Positions 10,793 through 22,575 are shown, counted from the first letter of the stretch. The stretch is DNA of 64,000 nucleotides from an uncultured beta proteobacterium (GCA_903900805.1 CAIUOP010000088.1:20411-84410); one strand, 5' to 3'. Made by a program: numbers and translations. Notes: a model not told the origin generated them from the sequence alone.

Positions 10793-11062
10793 ATTGACTC
10801 CTTCTTTCAAAGTGATTACATGAGCCCACGAAGGGCTGTTAACAGTAAGTATAGACAAAACACCCTAAATTCAAGTCCCCATAGAAAAGACCTACAAAAT
10901 GAGGGCTTATGCCATGTAAATTCAATGGCTTAGCCCTACTTATATAAGGGTAAATACGGTCAGGCAATGTATAATTCGGGGGTCGTTGAGCTTGGCAGGG
11001 CTATTTAAGCCGTTTTTCACCTGAGCCAACAAATATCATTGAAATCACTATTGGAGTCTTGC

Positions 11063-11488
11063 ATGGCAATTGAACGCACCCTATCCATCATCAAACCTGA
11101 TGCTGTCGCTAAAAACGTCATCGGCAAAATCTATGATCGTTTTGAATCTGCTGGTTTGAAGATTATTGCTTCCAGAATGGCGCACCTCTCACAAGTAGAG
11201 GCTGAGCAGTTCTATGGCGTTCACAAAGATCGTCCTTTCTTCAAAGATTTGGTGAGCTTCATGATTTCTGGTCCAGTGATGATTCAAGTATTACAAGGTG
11301 AAGGTGCGATTGCTAAGAACCGTGATTTGATGGGTGCTACTGATCCTAAGAAAGCAGATAAAGGCACAATCCGTGCTGACTTTGCTGACAGCATTGATGC
11401 GAATGCTGTTCATGGCTCTGATGCTCCTGAAACAGCTGCTGTGGAAGTTGCTTTTTTCTTTCCTGGCATGAATGTTTTCACTCGCTAA
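11063..11488 (+). CDS. ndk: Nucleoside diphosphate kinase
   Basis: [15 protein letters not shown] start and active-site NAVHGSD. The length of 141 aa is from the internal ATG at 11063. Confidence 0.95.
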   Translation: MAIERTLSIIKPDAVAKNVIGKIYDRFESAGLKIIASRMAHLSQVEAEQFYGVHKDRPFFKDLVSFMISGPVMIQVLQGEGAIAKNRDLMGATDPKKADKGTIRADFADSIDANAVHGSDAPETAAVEVAFFFPGMNVFTR

Positions 11489-11519
11489 TCAGTCACTTAT
11501 TTATTTATAAGCAGGCGCA

Positions 11520-12707
11520 TTGACCTCCCCGCGCGTAAATCTCTTAGATTTTGACGCTGACCAAATGGCGGCGTATGTCGCGGGGTTAAATGAAAAGCCC
11601 TTTAGGGCAAAGCAGCTCATGCAGTGGATACACCAGCGCGGCGTATCCGATATCAATGACATGAGTGATTTAGCAAAAAGCTTCAGGGCGACATTGCTCG
11701 ATAAAGCAGAAGTGCTTTCCTTACCGATTATTAAAGATGAGCATGCCTCAGACGGTACCCGTAAGTGGTTGATGGACGTGGGTGCTGGTAATGCCGTCGA
11801 GTCCGTTTTTATTCCTGAGGATGATCGAGGCACCTTATGCATTTCTTCTCAGGCAGGCTGTGCAGTGAATTGCCGTTTTTGTTCTACAGGGCGTCAAGGC
11901 TTCTCACGCAATCTCACCTCCGGAGAAATCATTGGACAACTCTGGTTTGCTGAGCATCTTTTGCGTAGTGACCCAGAAGCGATTCGCAGAATTGAAAAAT
12001 TTCCAACTCCAGGCTGGGAGCACACTGGCCGAGTGATTTCAAATGTAGTGATGATGGGCATGGGTGAGCCATTGCTGAACTACGATAATGTGGTCTGCGC
12101 ATTACGTTTGATGCTAGATGACAGAGCCTATGGCTTATCACGCCGTCGAGTCACGGTATCAACCTCGGGTGTAGTGCCAATGATTGATCGCCTGGCACAA
12201 GATTGCCCAGTCGCCTTAGCGGTTTCATTGCATGCGGCCAATGATGCCTTGCGTGATCAACTAGTGCCACTCAATCAAAAATATCCCTTACGTGAATTGC
12301 TTGATGCCTGTGAGCGTTACTTGCCATTTGCGCCACGGGATTTCTTGACCTTTGAATACTGCATGCTAGATGGCGTGAATGACTCAGACATCCAGGCAAA
12401 AGAATTAGTGCGTTTACTCAGAAATATCAAGTGCAAAATCAATCTCATCCCCTTTAACCCATTTCCAGAATCTGGCTTAAAGCGTTCATCAGCCCAGCGT
12501 GTACATGCTTTTGCGAGCATCCTATTAGATGCGGGTATGGTAGCTACAGTGCGCAAGACCCGCGGAGATGATATTGCTGCTGCTTGTGGTCAACTAGCCG
12601 GGGATGTCATAGATCGCACCCGCGTGCGTGAACGTGCTGTGCACGATGCCCAAATTGTTGCAGAATCCCAAGAGCAGCCCATCGAGTGGCTCAAAAAGTT
12701 AAATTAA
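11520..12707 (+). CDS. rlmN: Dual-specificity RNA methyltransferase RlmN (radical SAM)
   Basis: Radical-SAM motif [11 protein letters not shown], plus [10 protein letters not shown] and a C-terminal [11 protein letters not shown] motif. TTG start. Confidence 0.92.
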   Translation: MTSPRVNLLDFDADQMAAYVAGLNEKPFRAKQLMQWIHQRGVSDINDMSDLAKSFRATLLDKAEVLSLPIIKDEHASDGTRKWLMDVGAGNAVESVFIPEDDRGTLCISSQAGCAVNCRFCSTGRQGFSRNLTSGEIIGQLWFAEHLLRSDPEAIRRIEKFPTPGWEHTGRVISNVVMMGMGEPLLNYDNVVCALRLMLDDRAYGLSRRRVTVSTSGVVPMIDRLAQDCPVALAVSLHAANDALRDQLVPLNQKYPLRELLDACERYLPFAPRDFLTFEYCMLDGVNDSDIQAKELVRLLRNIKCKINLIPFNPFPESGLKRSSAQRVHAFASILLDAGMVATVRKTRGDDIAAACGQLAGDVIDRTRVRERAVHDAQIVAESQEQPIEWLKKLN

Positions 12708-12720
12708 ATATGAGGTCTAT

Positions 12721-13995
12721 ATGAGTTCTGATCCTTCCTCATCACCAAAGCTACCTTTGGGTCCATCCCCGAAGCGTGCAACGCGTCAAGCAACTGTTGC
12801 TTGGAAAACCAACATCATTACCGTAGGCGGGGATGCGCCCGTGCGTGTGCAATCCATGACCAATACCGATACTGCAGATGCTGTAGGTACGGCAATCCAA
12901 GTCAAAGAGTTGGCGCGGGCTGGTTCAGAGATGGTGCGCATTACTGTCAATACGCCAGAAGCTGCAGCTGCAGTGCCCTACATTCGTGAGCAGTTGGACA
13001 AGATGGATGTCTTGGTGCCATTGATTGGTGATTTTCATTACAACGGCCACACTTTATTAAATGATTACCCCGAGTGTGCCAAGGCACTTTCTAAGTACCG
13101 TATCAATCCCGGTAATGTGGGCAAGGGCGCTAAACGCGATCCACAATTTGCGCAAATGATCGAAGCGGCTTGCAAATACGACAAGCCAATTCGTATTGGT
13201 GTGAACTGGGGAAGCTTAGATCAAGATCTATTGGCATCCATTATGGATAGCAATGCTGCCTTAGCAGTTCCAAAGACTGCGCAAGAGGTGATGATTGAGG
13301 CATTGATTCAGTCTGCATTGCAGTCTGCAGAAAAGGCAGTTGAGTTTGGTATGAACCCCAATCAAATTATGCTGTCTTGCAAAGTGAGCAATGTACAAGA
13401 CCTAGTAGCAGTCTATCGTGATCTTGCACGCCGCTCTGACTACCCGCTGCACTTAGGTTTAACTGAGGCGGGCATGGGTAGCAAAGGAATTGTGTCTTCG
13501 ACTGCTGCAATGGGCATTCTGTTGCAAGAGGGCATTGGCGATACGATTCGGGTTTCTTTAACACCGGATCCTGGCGCACCTCGAGAGAATGAAGTGATTG
13601 TTGCGCAAGAAATTTTGCAAACCATGGGCTTACGTAATTTCACGCCGATGGTCATTGCCTGTCCTGGATGCGGTAGAACAACCAGTACGACTTTCCAAGA
13701 ATTAGCAGCCGACATCCAATCCTATTTGCGCCAACAAATGCCAGTGTGGAAGAAAAGCCATCCTGGCGTGGAAAATATGAACGTAGCCGTGATGGGCTGT
13801 ATTGTGAATGGCCCCGGCGAGAGTAAGCACGCTAATATTGGCATTTCATTGCCAGGAACTGGCGAAACCCCAGCGGCACCCGTGTTTGTAGATGGCGTTA
13901 AGGTGAAAACCCTGCGAGGTGAGAAAATCGCCCAAGAGTTTCAGGTCATCGTTGATGAATACGTTAAACAGAACTACGCAGCAAAAGCGCAATAA
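12721..13995 (+). CDS. ispG: 4-hydroxy-3-methylbut-2-en-1-yl diphosphate synthase
   Basis: Fe-S cysteine motifs CPGCGRT and GCIVNGPGE, with TIM-barrel N-domain motifs. Confidence 0.95.
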   Translation: MSSDPSSSPKLPLGPSPKRATRQATVAWKTNIITVGGDAPVRVQSMTNTDTADAVGTAIQVKELARAGSEMVRITVNTPEAAAAVPYIREQLDKMDVLVPLIGDFHYNGHTLLNDYPECAKALSKYRINPGNVGKGAKRDPQFAQMIEAACKYDKPIRIGVNWGSLDQDLLASIMDSNAALAVPKTAQEVMIEALIQSALQSAEKAVEFGMNPNQIMLSCKVSNVQDLVAVYRDLARRSDYPLHLGLTEAGMGSKGIVSSTAAMGILLQEGIGDTIRVSLTPDPGAPRENEVIVAQEILQTMGLRNFTPMVIACPGCGRTTSTTFQELAADIQSYLRQQMPVWKKSHPGVENMNVAVMGCIVNGPGESKHANIGISLPGTGETPAAPVFVDGVKVKTLRGEKIAQEFQVIVDEYVKQNYAAKAQ

Positions 13996-14022
13996 AGCTC
14001 ATTTAGTAAAACAAGAATAAAA

Positions 14023-15354
14023 ATGACCGATCAAAGTAAAGATACCAAAGCACAAACTAAAGCCCAGAAAATCAATGGCGTGCGTGGCATGAATGACTTG
14101 CTACCAGCCGATGCTGCGCAATGGGCTCACCTTGATCATGTCTTGCGTGATTTAGTTCGTGCTTATGGTTATGAGTTTTTAAGAACTCCGATTGTGGAAG
14201 CTACTGCGGTATTTCAACGGGGTATTGGTGAGGTTACTGATATTGTTGAGAAAGAAATGTATTCCTTTGAGGATCGCTTGAATGGTGAACAGCTTACTTT
14301 GCGTCCTGAAGGTACTGCTGCATTAGTGCGTTCTGTCATTGAAAATAATTTACTTTACGAGGGACCTAAGCGTCTTTGGTATACCGGACCAATGTTTCGT
14401 CATGAGCGTCCACAACGCGGTCGTTATCGTCAGTTCCACCAATTTGGTATCGAGGCTTTAGGCTTTGCCGGCCCAGATATTGATGCTGAAATTATTCTCA
14501 TGGGCCAACGCCTATGGGATGAGCTTGGCCTCAAAGGTGTTCGCCTTGAGATTAACTCTTTAGGGCAGGCTCATGAGCGCGCCGAGCACCGCGCTGCCTT
14601 AGTGACTTACTTTGAACAGAATCAATCACAACTTGATGATGATTCGCAACGACGTCTTATCAGTAATCCTTTGCGCATCCTCGATTCTAAAAATCCAGAG
14701 ATGCAAACATTGATTGAAGGTGCGCCAAAGTTATTAGATTTCTTGGGTGCAGAATCCCTTGCGCACTTCAATGCAGTACAAGCTTTACTCAAAGCAAACA
14801 ACATTCCTTGCAAGATCAATCCGCGTTTAGTTCGCGGTTTGGATTATTACAACCTCACGGTATTTGAGTGGGTGACAGATGAGTTAGGTGCGCAGGGCAC
14901 CATTGCTGGCGGTGGCCGTTATGATCCATTGATTGAGCGTATGGGTGGTAAACCAGCTCCTGCTTGTGGTTGGGCTATGGGTATGGAGCGTGTCTTGGAG
15001 TTGATGAAGGTCTCTGGATCCTTACCTGAGATGCAATCCCAATGCGATATCTTTGTATTGCATCAAGGCGGTGTGACTCTCGTTGCTGCCATGATCATTG
15101 CTGAGCGCTTACGTAGCGCTGGTATCGATGCCATTCTGTTCTGTTCGCCTGATGGCCAATCTGCTAGCTTTAAGTCACAAATGAAGAAAGCAGATGCCAG
15201 TGGAGCAGCGTTTGCAGTCATTATTGGTCCAGATGAATTAGCCAAGAATGAGGCTCAGATCAAAGACTTGCGCTCTAGCGGTGAGCAAAAGGCCATCCCT
15301 TTAGATGGAGTATTAGAAGCCGTAATTGAAGCCTTAGTTGGCGCCTCCGAATAG
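14023..15354 (+). CDS. hisS: Histidine--tRNA ligase
   Basis: Class II motifs ([31 protein letters not shown]) and a C-terminal anticodon-binding domain. Confidence 0.95.
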   Translation: MTDQSKDTKAQTKAQKINGVRGMNDLLPADAAQWAHLDHVLRDLVRAYGYEFLRTPIVEATAVFQRGIGEVTDIVEKEMYSFEDRLNGEQLTLRPEGTAALVRSVIENNLLYEGPKRLWYTGPMFRHERPQRGRYRQFHQFGIEALGFAGPDIDAEIILMGQRLWDELGLKGVRLEINSLGQAHERAEHRAALVTYFEQNQSQLDDDSQRRLISNPLRILDSKNPEMQTLIEGAPKLLDFLGAESLAHFNAVQALLKANNIPCKINPRLVRGLDYYNLTVFEWVTDELGAQGTIAGGGRYDPLIERMGGKPAPACGWAMGMERVLELMKVSGSLPEMQSQCDIFVLHQGGVTLVAAMIIAERLRSAGIDAILFCSPDGQSASFKSQMKKADASGAAFAVIIGPDELAKNEAQIKDLRSSGEQKAIPLDGVLEAVIEALVGASE

Positions 15355-15414
15355 AATGGGTCTATTGATTGCATTAAATAGCAATAAACCACTTATTAAT
15401 TAGCTTGGATTCAC

Positions 15415-16074
15415 ATGCCTTTAGATCTAGAAGAACAAGAACAGTTAGACCAATTTAAAGCGTTTTGGCAAAAGTACCGTAATCTGATTACTGGGGTACT
15501 GACTGTCGCCTTGTTTGCCTTTGCTGCCTACAATACTTATGGATGGTGGCAGAATAGTCAGGCTCTAGAGGCATCCAAGCTGTATGAAACGATGATCAGC
15601 GCAGCTGCCAAAGGCGATCAAGAGCAGACCTTGCGCGCTACCAATGATTTGCAAAAAGATTTTGCCCGCACGCCATACGCCGCGATGTCCAGTTTGATTG
15701 CTGCTCGTGTTGCTGCGGATGCTGGTGATAATGCTAAGGCTCTCGACTATCTCCGTTGGGTTGCCAAGAATGCATCCAATGATGGCTACTTGGCGCTAGC
15801 AAAATTACGCCTAGTCACTCAGTTAATTGAGCAGGGTGGTGAAAAAGATTTCGCAGAGGCTGATCAAATACTAAAAGAGAAGCCGGTTGCTGGCTTTGAA
15901 GCATTATGGCTAGAGCGTCGTGGTGATTGGTATTTAGTGCAGAAGAAAAATGCTGAAGCTAAAAAAAGCTATGAAGATGCATGGAAAATATTAAACCAAG
16001 CTAAAGAATTTCCTGAAGAGGCGCGTCGTCTATTGAAGGTGAAGTTAGATGCAGTCGGAGGGGTAGCACAGTAA
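15415..16074 (+). CDS. YfgM-like TPR-like membrane-anchored protein
   Basis: It has a single N-terminal TM after an acidic start and a helical-repeat body. The position between hisS and bamB matches E. coli yfgM. Confidence 0.7.
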   Translation: MPLDLEEQEQLDQFKAFWQKYRNLITGVLTVALFAFAAYNTYGWWQNSQALEASKLYETMISAAAKGDQEQTLRATNDLQKDFARTPYAAMSSLIAARVAADAGDNAKALDYLRWVAKNASNDGYLALAKLRLVTQLIEQGGEKDFAEADQILKEKPVAGFEALWLERRGDWYLVQKKNAEAKKSYEDAWKILNQAKEFPEEARRLLKVKLDAVGGVAQ

Positions 16075-17240
16075 TGACTGTCAAGCTTAATAGAGTGAAA
16101 CGCTTAGTCAGATTTGCTGGCAGCACTATCCTCGTGGGTGTTCTTGCTACAGCACTAGTTGCTTGTGGCGGTAGCTCTCGTGTGCGCAAGCCTTCTGAAT
16201 TAGCAGCAGTGACAAATCAGTTTGATATGCAAGCGGTGTGGTCAACTAGCGTTGGCTCTTCTGAAGGTTTTAACTTTCATCCAGTTGTGGCGGGGGATGC
16301 TGTCTATGTTGCTTCACATCGCGGTAATTTGGTAAAGATTGATATAGCTACTGGCAACAAGTTATGGGAGGCCTCTGTTCCTGAGCGCCTATCTATTGGC
16401 CCTGGCTCTGACGGCCGCACAACGGTTGCTGTAAGTACCCGAGGTAATGTCTACGCATATAACGACGCTGGTAAACAGATCTGGAAAGTAAGCGTTAATA
16501 GTGAAGTCTTGAGTGAGCCCATTGTTGCCGGTGGAATTGTGGTTGTGCGGGCACTTGATAATCGGTTTATTGGCTTAGATGCACAAACAGGTACTCGTAA
16601 GTGGACTTATCAGCGTCAACAATCCGCATTGTCATTGCGGGTTGGTTACGGCATGCTAGCAATTGGTAATGAAGTGATTGTGACTGGCTTTGCAGGTGGG
16701 CGCTTTGGCATGATTGCAATAGCCAACGGTGGTTTAGTATGGGAAACCCCAGTGTCATTTCCTAAAGGTTTCTCAGAAATTGAGCGCTTGAATGATGTGA
16801 CTGCTAAGCCCAGCATGGAAGGTGAGATCGTCTGCGCAGTCTCGTATCAGGGTCGGATTGGTTGCGGACAGGCGCGGACCGGGAACTTACTCTGGTTCAA
16901 AGACTACTCAAGCTATACCGGCACTGCTCAAAGTGCTGAATTGGTTTTCTCGGCCAATGAAAAATCCTATGTGACGGCCTTTGCAACTAAAGATGGTACG
17001 CAGGTTTGGGAAAACACCCAGCTCTCCTATCGTAATGTAGGTGAGTCATTAGCAATTGGAAAAGTTCTCCTTTTTGGAGATGCTCAAGGCTATGTTCATG
17101 CATTGACCCAGGCAAATGGCAACATCATCTCGCGGATTCGTCACGATAGTAATCCAATCTCTGCTGCTCCGATTGCAGTAGGCGGACTCATCTTGGTTCA
17201 GTCTCAGGGTGGCAAAATCGCGGCCTACAGTCCTAAATGA
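16074..17240 (+). CDS. bamB: Outer membrane protein assembly factor BamB
   Basis: Lipobox LVACGG and PQQ-like beta-propeller repeats (multiple G..LW/ W motifs). TAATG overlap with yfgM and ATGA overlap with der. Confidence 0.85.
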   Translation: MTVKLNRVKRLVRFAGSTILVGVLATALVACGGSSRVRKPSELAAVTNQFDMQAVWSTSVGSSEGFNFHPVVAGDAVYVASHRGNLVKIDIATGNKLWEASVPERLSIGPGSDGRTTVAVSTRGNVYAYNDAGKQIWKVSVNSEVLSEPIVAGGIVVVRALDNRFIGLDAQTGTRKWTYQRQQSALSLRVGYGMLAIGNEVIVTGFAGGRFGMIAIANGGLVWETPVSFPKGFSEIERLNDVTAKPSMEGEIVCAVSYQGRIGCGQARTGNLLWFKDYSSYTGTAQSAELVFSANEKSYVTAFATKDGTQVWENTQLSYRNVGESLAIGKVLLFGDAQGYVHALTQANGNIISRIRHDSNPISAAPIAVGGLILVQSQGGKIAAYSPK

Positions 17241-18598
17241 ATCCGGTCATCACTATCGTCGGCCGCCCCAATGTTGGGAAGTCGACACTCTTTAATCGCC
17301 TAACGCGTTCCCGCGATGCATTGGTGGCAGATTTTTCTGGTTTAACAAGAGATCGTCACTACGGCAAGGGCCGCATTGGTGAACGCGCCTTTATTTGCGT
17401 AGATACTGGCGGCTTTGAGCCAGTTGCTAAAACAGGCATCGTTGCTGAGATGGCAAAACAGACTAAGCAAGCAGTAGCTGAGTCTGACATTGTGATTTTC
17501 TTGGTCGATGGCCGCTTAGGTATGGCGCCACAAGATCGCGTGATTGCTGACTTCTTACGCAAGACCGGTCGCCCAACCATTTTGGCAGTGAATAAAACGG
17601 AAGGCATGCAATCTGGCATTGTTACTGCAGACTTTCATGAGCTTGGTTTAGGTGAGCCTTTCCCAATCTCTTCTGCGCATGGTGATGGTGTACGAGGATT
17701 AATTGATGATGCTTTAGATTCATTAGGGATTGCTGAGCCTGATGAAGAATTGGTAAATGATCCAAATCGCCCCATGAAGATTGCGGTAGTGGGTCGTCCA
17801 AACGTCGGTAAGTCCACGTTGATTAATAAGTTGATCGGTGAAGAGCGCGTAATTGCATTTGATATGCCGGGTACGACTCGTGATGCGATCGAAGTGCCTT
17901 TTGAGCGCAATGGCAAACCATACATCCTAGTGGATACAGCTGGTTTACGTCGTCGTGGCAAAGTATTTGAGGCAATTGAGAAATTCTCAGTGGTTAAAAC
18001 ATTGCAAGCGATTGCAGACTGCAATGTCGTGATTTTGATGCTCGATGCGCAGCAAGATATATCTGAGCAAGATGCACATATTGCAGGATTTATTGTTGAA
18101 GCAGGCCGTGCATTAGTTGTTGCCGTTAATAAGTGGGATGGTATTGATACTTACGTTAAAGAGCGTGCTCGTTTAGAGATTGCGCAAAAATTGCGTTTCT
18201 TGGATTTTGCAAACGTACATCCGATCTCTGCTAAAAAAGGTACAGGCCTCAAAGAGTTGTTTAAAGATGTGGATTCTGCCTATGCTGCTGCAATGGCGAA
18301 ATTACCAACCCCACGCTTAACCCGTATCCTGCAAGAGGCTATTGAGCATCAACAGCCAAAACGGGTTGGTATGGGTCGTCCAAAACTGCGCTATGCACAC
18401 CAAGGGGGTATGAATCCTCCAATTGTGGTGATCCATGGAACATCATTGAGTGGTGTAACGGATAGCTATAAGCGTTACTTAGAAGGGCGCTTTAGGGATG
18501 TCTTCAAATTACGGGGTACCCCTTTGAGAATTCAGATGAATACCGCTAAAAACCCCTACGTAGATGCGGATAAGGGAAAAAAAGGTAAAAAGCGGTGA
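17237..18598 (+). CDS. der: Ribosome biogenesis GTPase Der (EngA)
   Basis: Two tandem GTPase domains, each with [17 protein letters not shown] and NKTE/NKWD motifs, followed by a KH-like C-terminal domain and a Lys-rich tail. Confidence 0.95.
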   Translation: MNPVITIVGRPNVGKSTLFNRLTRSRDALVADFSGLTRDRHYGKGRIGERAFICVDTGGFEPVAKTGIVAEMAKQTKQAVAESDIVIFLVDGRLGMAPQDRVIADFLRKTGRPTILAVNKTEGMQSGIVTADFHELGLGEPFPISSAHGDGVRGLIDDALDSLGIAEPDEELVNDPNRPMKIAVVGRPNVGKSTLINKLIGEERVIAFDMPGTTRDAIEVPFERNGKPYILVDTAGLRRRGKVFEAIEKFSVVKTLQAIADCNVVILMLDAQQDISEQDAHIAGFIVEAGRALVVAVNKWDGIDTYVKERARLEIAQKLRFLDFANVHPISAKKGTGLKELFKDVDSAYAAAMAKLPTPRLTRILQEAIEHQQPKRVGMGRPKLRYAHQGGMNPPIVVIHGTSLSGVTDSYKRYLEGRFRDVFKLRGTPLRIQMNTAKNPYVDADKGKKGKKR

Positions 18599-18720
18599 TT
18601 TTGGGCTTGATTTTTTTATAATTGAGCTCAATATAGAAGATTGAGTAGCAGTAATTTTGAAAAGTTTTATCCCATTAAAAAAAGCAAGACTCCCTAATTA
18701 CAAAACAAATGAGGAGCAGT

Positions 18721-18963
18721 ATGAATACCAACAAAATTCAATTACTACAGGATCCATTCCTGAATGCCTTGCGCAAAGAGCATATTCCTGTTTCCATCTA
18801 TCTCGTTAATGGTATTAAATTACAAGGCAATATTGAATCCTTTGATCAATACGTCGTGTTATTACGCAATACGGTAACGCAGATGGTTTACAAACACGCA
18901 ATCTCTACGATTGTTCCAGCTCGTGCGATTGACTTCCGTATAGAAGAAGGCGCCCCTGTATAA
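18721..18963 (+). CDS. hfq: RNA chaperone Hfq
   Basis: Sm1/Sm2 motifs ([41 protein letters not shown]). The ATG at 18721 follows a GAGGAG SD, and the ATG at 18709 lies inside that SD. Confidence 0.95.
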   Translation: MNTNKIQLLQDPFLNALRKEHIPVSIYLVNGIKLQGNIESFDQYVVLLRNTVTQMVYKHAISTIVPARAIDFRIEEGAPV

Positions 18964-19033
18964 AACTGGAGTAGATGCGGCACGCGCCGTCCTGGTTGGT
19001 GTTGATACGGGACGCGAAGATTTTGCAGATAGC

Positions 19034-20197
19034 ATGGCTGAACTCAGTCTCTTGGCTGATAGCGCTGGCTCTATCCCCACAGCCAGCGTCATAGCTCGCA
19101 AAGGCAGAACAGATCCGGCTTTATATATTGGTTCTGGAAAAGTCAATGAGCTTAAGCGCGTGATGGAAGAGCAGAGCGCAGAGCTCGCCATCTTTAATCA
19201 TCCCCTTTCTCCAACACAGCAGCGCAACTTAGAGCGGCATCTTGATCGCCATGTGATGGATCGTACCGGTTTGATTTTAGATATCTTTAGTCAAAGAGCG
19301 CAAAGCCATATTGGTAAGACGCAAGTCGAATTAGCACAAGTTCGCTATCGCATGTCCCGCTTAGTAAGAGCCTGGAGTCACTTGGAGCGTCAACGCGGTG
19401 GTATTGGTGTGCGTGGTGGTCCTGGTGAAACCCAGATGGAATTAGACCGCCGAATGCTAGCAACGAAAGCTAAGCGTTTAGAGAATGAACTCGAGAAGCT
19501 CCAGCGCCAACAAAGAACTCAGAGAAGGGCCCGTAATCGAAAGGATGTGTTCTCCGTTTCTTTAGTGGGCTATACCAATGCTGGCAAGTCGACTTTATTT
19601 AATGCCCTTACAAAAGCAGGGACTTATGCTGCTGACCAACTTTTTGCCACTTTAGATACCACCTCTAGAAAAGTGCATTTGGAGGGGGTAGGTTCAATTG
19701 TGGTCTCCGATACCGTGGGATTCATCCGAGATCTACCTCACCAGCTGGTTGAGGCTTTTAGGGCTACTTTGGATGAAACCATCCATGCCGATCTGATTTT
19801 GCATGTAATTGACGCCTGCAGCCCAGTAGCTCGGGAGCAGAAGGCTGAAGTTGAGGCGGTTTTAGAGGAAATTGGGGCTGATCAGATCCCTCGGATTGAG
19901 GTAATGAACAAGATTGACCAGATGCCTCAAACCTTTACCCGTGGGGCAGTTTTAGAGCGAGATGGGCAGGGTTTTCCTGGCCAGATTTTTCTGTCTGCCA
20001 AAACAGGCTTGGGTCTTGATTTGCTCCGCACAGCCTTGGCTGAATGCTCCCAAATGACTGATAGAATGAGGATTGAGCACAACCGTGCCAAGAAGCAATT
20101 GGCCCCGGACGAGTTTTTAGAACCCTTACCCGAACGACCAGACACTGCTGAATTTAATCCAATCCCAAACCGAAGCTATTTTTCAAATGATGCGTAA
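19034..20197 (+). CDS. hflX: GTPase HflX (coordinates from the first ATG; the true start is probably upstream, see findings)
   Basis: GYTNAGKSTLFN (G1), DTVGF (G3), NKID (G4) and an HflX N-domain (IFSQRAQSHIGKTQVELAQ). Conserved N-terminal residues continue in-frame upstream to 18944. Confidence 0.9.
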   Translation: MAELSLLADSAGSIPTASVIARKGRTDPALYIGSGKVNELKRVMEEQSAELAIFNHPLSPTQQRNLERHLDRHVMDRTGLILDIFSQRAQSHIGKTQVELAQVRYRMSRLVRAWSHLERQRGGIGVRGGPGETQMELDRRMLATKAKRLENELEKLQRQQRTQRRARNRKDVFSVSLVGYTNAGKSTLFNALTKAGTYAADQLFATLDTTSRKVHLEGVGSIVVSDTVGFIRDLPHQLVEAFRATLDETIHADLILHVIDACSPVAREQKAEVEAVLEEIGADQIPRIEVMNKIDQMPQTFTRGAVLERDGQGFPGQIFLSAKTGLGLDLLRTALAECSQMTDRMRIEHNRAKKQLAPDEFLEPLPERPDTAEFNPIPNRSYFSNDA

Positions 20198-21686
20198 ATT
20201 TCTCGACCTCTTTTCGGTCAATGATCCAGGCTGGGGCAATAGCCACAACAGCGGCTCCAAAGATGCTAAAGATGGGCAGGGTAGTGATCAAGCTCCAAAA
20301 GTAGATCCGGATACTAATAAGCCGACAGAAACTGCACCAACGAATTCACCAACCAAGCCAGGTGGCCCTCCAGATTTGGATGAGCTCTGGCGCGATTTCA
20401 ATGACAGAATTGCTGGCATCTTTGGTGGCAAGAAAAAGCCAGGTGGTTCACCCAGCCAGCCAGCTAATAAACCTAACAGCACTGATATCCCTCCGCCATC
20501 ACAGCGTGGCGGCGGCAATGGTGGCGGTGGTGGTGGCATGAGTGCGCCAAACTTCAATTTCACTAATCCATTTAGTTCTAAGGCTAGCATCCTGATTAGT
20601 GCAGGAGCCGTCTTTTTCATTTGGATTTGCAGTGGCTTTTTCATCATCCAAGAAGGTCAGGCTGGAGTGGTTTTGACCTTTGGTAAATATGCTGACACCG
20701 CTAGGCCAGGTATCAACTGGCGTATGCCTTGGCCAATTCAGTCGGATGAAACAGTAAATCTTTCTGGCGTGCGCTCTGTTGAAGTGGGTCGCCCGATACT
20801 CATTAAGGCAACAAATCAAAAAGATTCTTCGATGCTTACCGAAGATGAAAACATCATAGATGTGCGCTTTGCTGTGCAATATCGCTTAAAAGATCCAACG
20901 GATTATTTATTTAACAATCGTGATCCAGATGCTGCAGTGATACAAGCTGCTGAAACTTCCGTTCGTGAAATTGTTGCTCGTAGCAAGATGGATACGGTGC
21001 TCTATGAAGGACGCGAAAAGATTGGCATTGATTTAGCAAACTCGATTCAGAAGATACTGGATAGTTATAAGAGTGGTATTTACGTGACTAGTGTGACCGT
21101 ACAAAACGTACAGCCACCTGAGCAAGTCCAAGCTGCATTTGACGATGCCGTGAAGGCAGGCCAAGATCAGGAGCGTTTAAAGAGTGAAGGTCAGGCCTAT
21201 GCTAATGACATCATTCCACGCGCTAAAGGTACTGCGGCCCGTTTGATTCAAGAGGCTGAAGGCTATAAGGCTAGAGTGGCGGCTACTGCTGAAGGTGACG
21301 CTACTCGTTTTAAGCAAGTATTAGTAGAGTATTCCAAGGCGCCGCAAGTAACGCGTGATCGGATGTACATCGATAGCATGCGCGAAATGTATAACAATGT
21401 CACTAAGATTTTGGTAGACACAACGAAGAGCAATAGCCTTTTATATTTGCCGCTAGATAAGATTGTTGCTCAAGTTAGCGCTGAAAGTGCGCAGGCCGCC
21501 AGCTCTCAAGTAAATCAAAGTAGTGCGCCTACTCCGACTGGAAGTGTGACAGTAGGTGGTGCAACCGGTATGAATAATCCAGCTCCAATTTCTAGTAGCA
21601 GTTCAGCGCTCGGAGCAAATAATAGTAACGATCGCTCTCTCGATAAGCGCGATGGTTTCCGTAGTCGTGATCGGGATCCTAGATAA
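20187..21686 (+). CDS. hflK: FtsH protease modulator HflK
   Basis: N-terminal DPGWGN...GPPDLDELWRDF motif, a TM segment and an SPFH/band-7 domain. It has Pro/Gly-rich and Ser/Ala-rich low-complexity ends and an 11-nt overlap with hflX. Confidence 0.9.
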   Translation: MMRKFLDLFSVNDPGWGNSHNSGSKDAKDGQGSDQAPKVDPDTNKPTETAPTNSPTKPGGPPDLDELWRDFNDRIAGIFGGKKKPGGSPSQPANKPNSTDIPPPSQRGGGNGGGGGGMSAPNFNFTNPFSSKASILISAGAVFFIWICSGFFIIQEGQAGVVLTFGKYADTARPGINWRMPWPIQSDETVNLSGVRSVEVGRPILIKATNQKDSSMLTEDENIIDVRFAVQYRLKDPTDYLFNNRDPDAAVIQAAETSVREIVARSKMDTVLYEGREKIGIDLANSIQKILDSYKSGIYVTSVTVQNVQPPEQVQAAFDDAVKAGQDQERLKSEGQAYANDIIPRAKGTAARLIQEAEGYKARVAATAEGDATRFKQVLVEYSKAPQVTRDRMYIDSMREMYNNVTKILVDTTKSNSLLYLPLDKIVAQVSAESAQAASSQVNQSSAPTPTGSVTVGGATGMNNPAPISSSSSALGANNSNDRSLDKRDGFRSRDRDPR

Positions 21687-22555
21687 TGAATGCAAATCGT
21701 TTAATTGCTGCAGGCATCGCTTTCGTTGCGGTGATCTATGTCCTGTCGTCCAGTATTTTCATTGTTGACCAACGTAAATTTGCGGTTGTTTTCTCATTCG
21801 GCCAGATCGTCCGCGTGATTGAAGAGCCTGGTCTGCGTGTCAAACTGCCAGCTCCATTTGAAAGCGTCCGCTTCTTTGATCGTCGCATTCTGACAATTGA
21901 TAATCCAGAGGCAGAGCGCTTTATTACTGCAGAAAAGAAGAATCTCCTAGTAGATTCGTATGTCAAATGGCGCATTGTTGATCCCCGTAAGTTCTTTATT
22001 AGCTTTAAGGGTGATGAGCGCTTGGCACAAGATCGCTTAACTCAGCTGGTTCGTTCTGCTCTGAATGAAGAGTTCACCAAGCGGACTGTGCGCGAGTTGA
22101 TATCTGATCAGCGTGAAGAGGTTATGCAGGGTATTCGTAAGAAAGTCGCTGATGATGCAGCTGATATTGGCGTAGAGATTGTGGATGTGCGTTTAAAGCG
22201 CGTAGACCTCTTAGCCGAGATTAGCGATTCGGTATATCGCCGCATGGAAGCAGAGCGCAAGCGGGTAGCTAATGAATTGCGCTCAACGGGCGCCGCGGAG
22301 TCTGACAAGATTCGGGCCAATGCAGAGCGTCAACGCGATACGATTCTGGCAGAAGCCTATCGTGATGCGCAAAAGATTAAAGGGGCAGGGGACGCTAAAG
22401 CTACAGCGCTTTATGCCGAGGCATTTGGACGTGATCCTCAGTTTGCTCAGTTCTATCAAAGCTTGGAAGCCTACCGGAGCTCTTTCAAGGATAAGAAGGA
22501 CATCATGGTCGTTGAACCTAATGGCGAGTTCTTCAAGTTCCTGCACAAAAAATAA
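21686..22555 (+). CDS. hflC: FtsH protease modulator HflC
   Basis: N-terminal TM plus an SPFH/band-7 domain, with a TAATG junction to hflK. Confidence 0.9.
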   Translation: MNANRLIAAGIAFVAVIYVLSSSIFIVDQRKFAVVFSFGQIVRVIEEPGLRVKLPAPFESVRFFDRRILTIDNPEAERFITAEKKNLLVDSYVKWRIVDPRKFFISFKGDERLAQDRLTQLVRSALNEEFTKRTVRELISDQREEVMQGIRKKVADDAADIGVEIVDVRLKRVDLLAEISDSVYRRMEAERKRVANELRSTGAAESDKIRANAERQRDTILAEAYRDAQKIKGAGDAKATALYAEAFGRDPQFAQFYQSLEAYRSSFKDKKDIMVVEPNGEFFKFLHKK

Positions 22556-22575
22556 GAAAGTGAATGAGCTAGAGC

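Noticed and set aside
10903-10936. Interrupted hairpin GGGCT-TAT-GCCAT ... ATGGC-TT-AGCCC in the BI-1/ndk intergenic region
   Set aside because: The structure is real, but its strand and function cannot be assigned and there is no adjacent T-run or promoter context. It is noted only as a possible leader or regulatory element of low confidence.
18950-18965. Programmed +1 frameshift fusing Hfq to HflX (the hflX frame is +1 relative to hfq and open across the hfq stop)
   Set aside because: There is no slippery or shift-prone motif at the junction, and an Hfq-HflX fusion has no precedent. A near-cognate CTG start is the simpler explanation.
20288-20879. Antisense ORFs of 119 and 126 aa inside hflK
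   Set aside because: They mirror the Pro/Gly-rich low-complexity coding region of hflK, which gives stop-poor antisense frames. They have no independent start signals. The low-complexity tails of HflK itself are common in betaproteobacterial HflK, so they are not reported as a finding.
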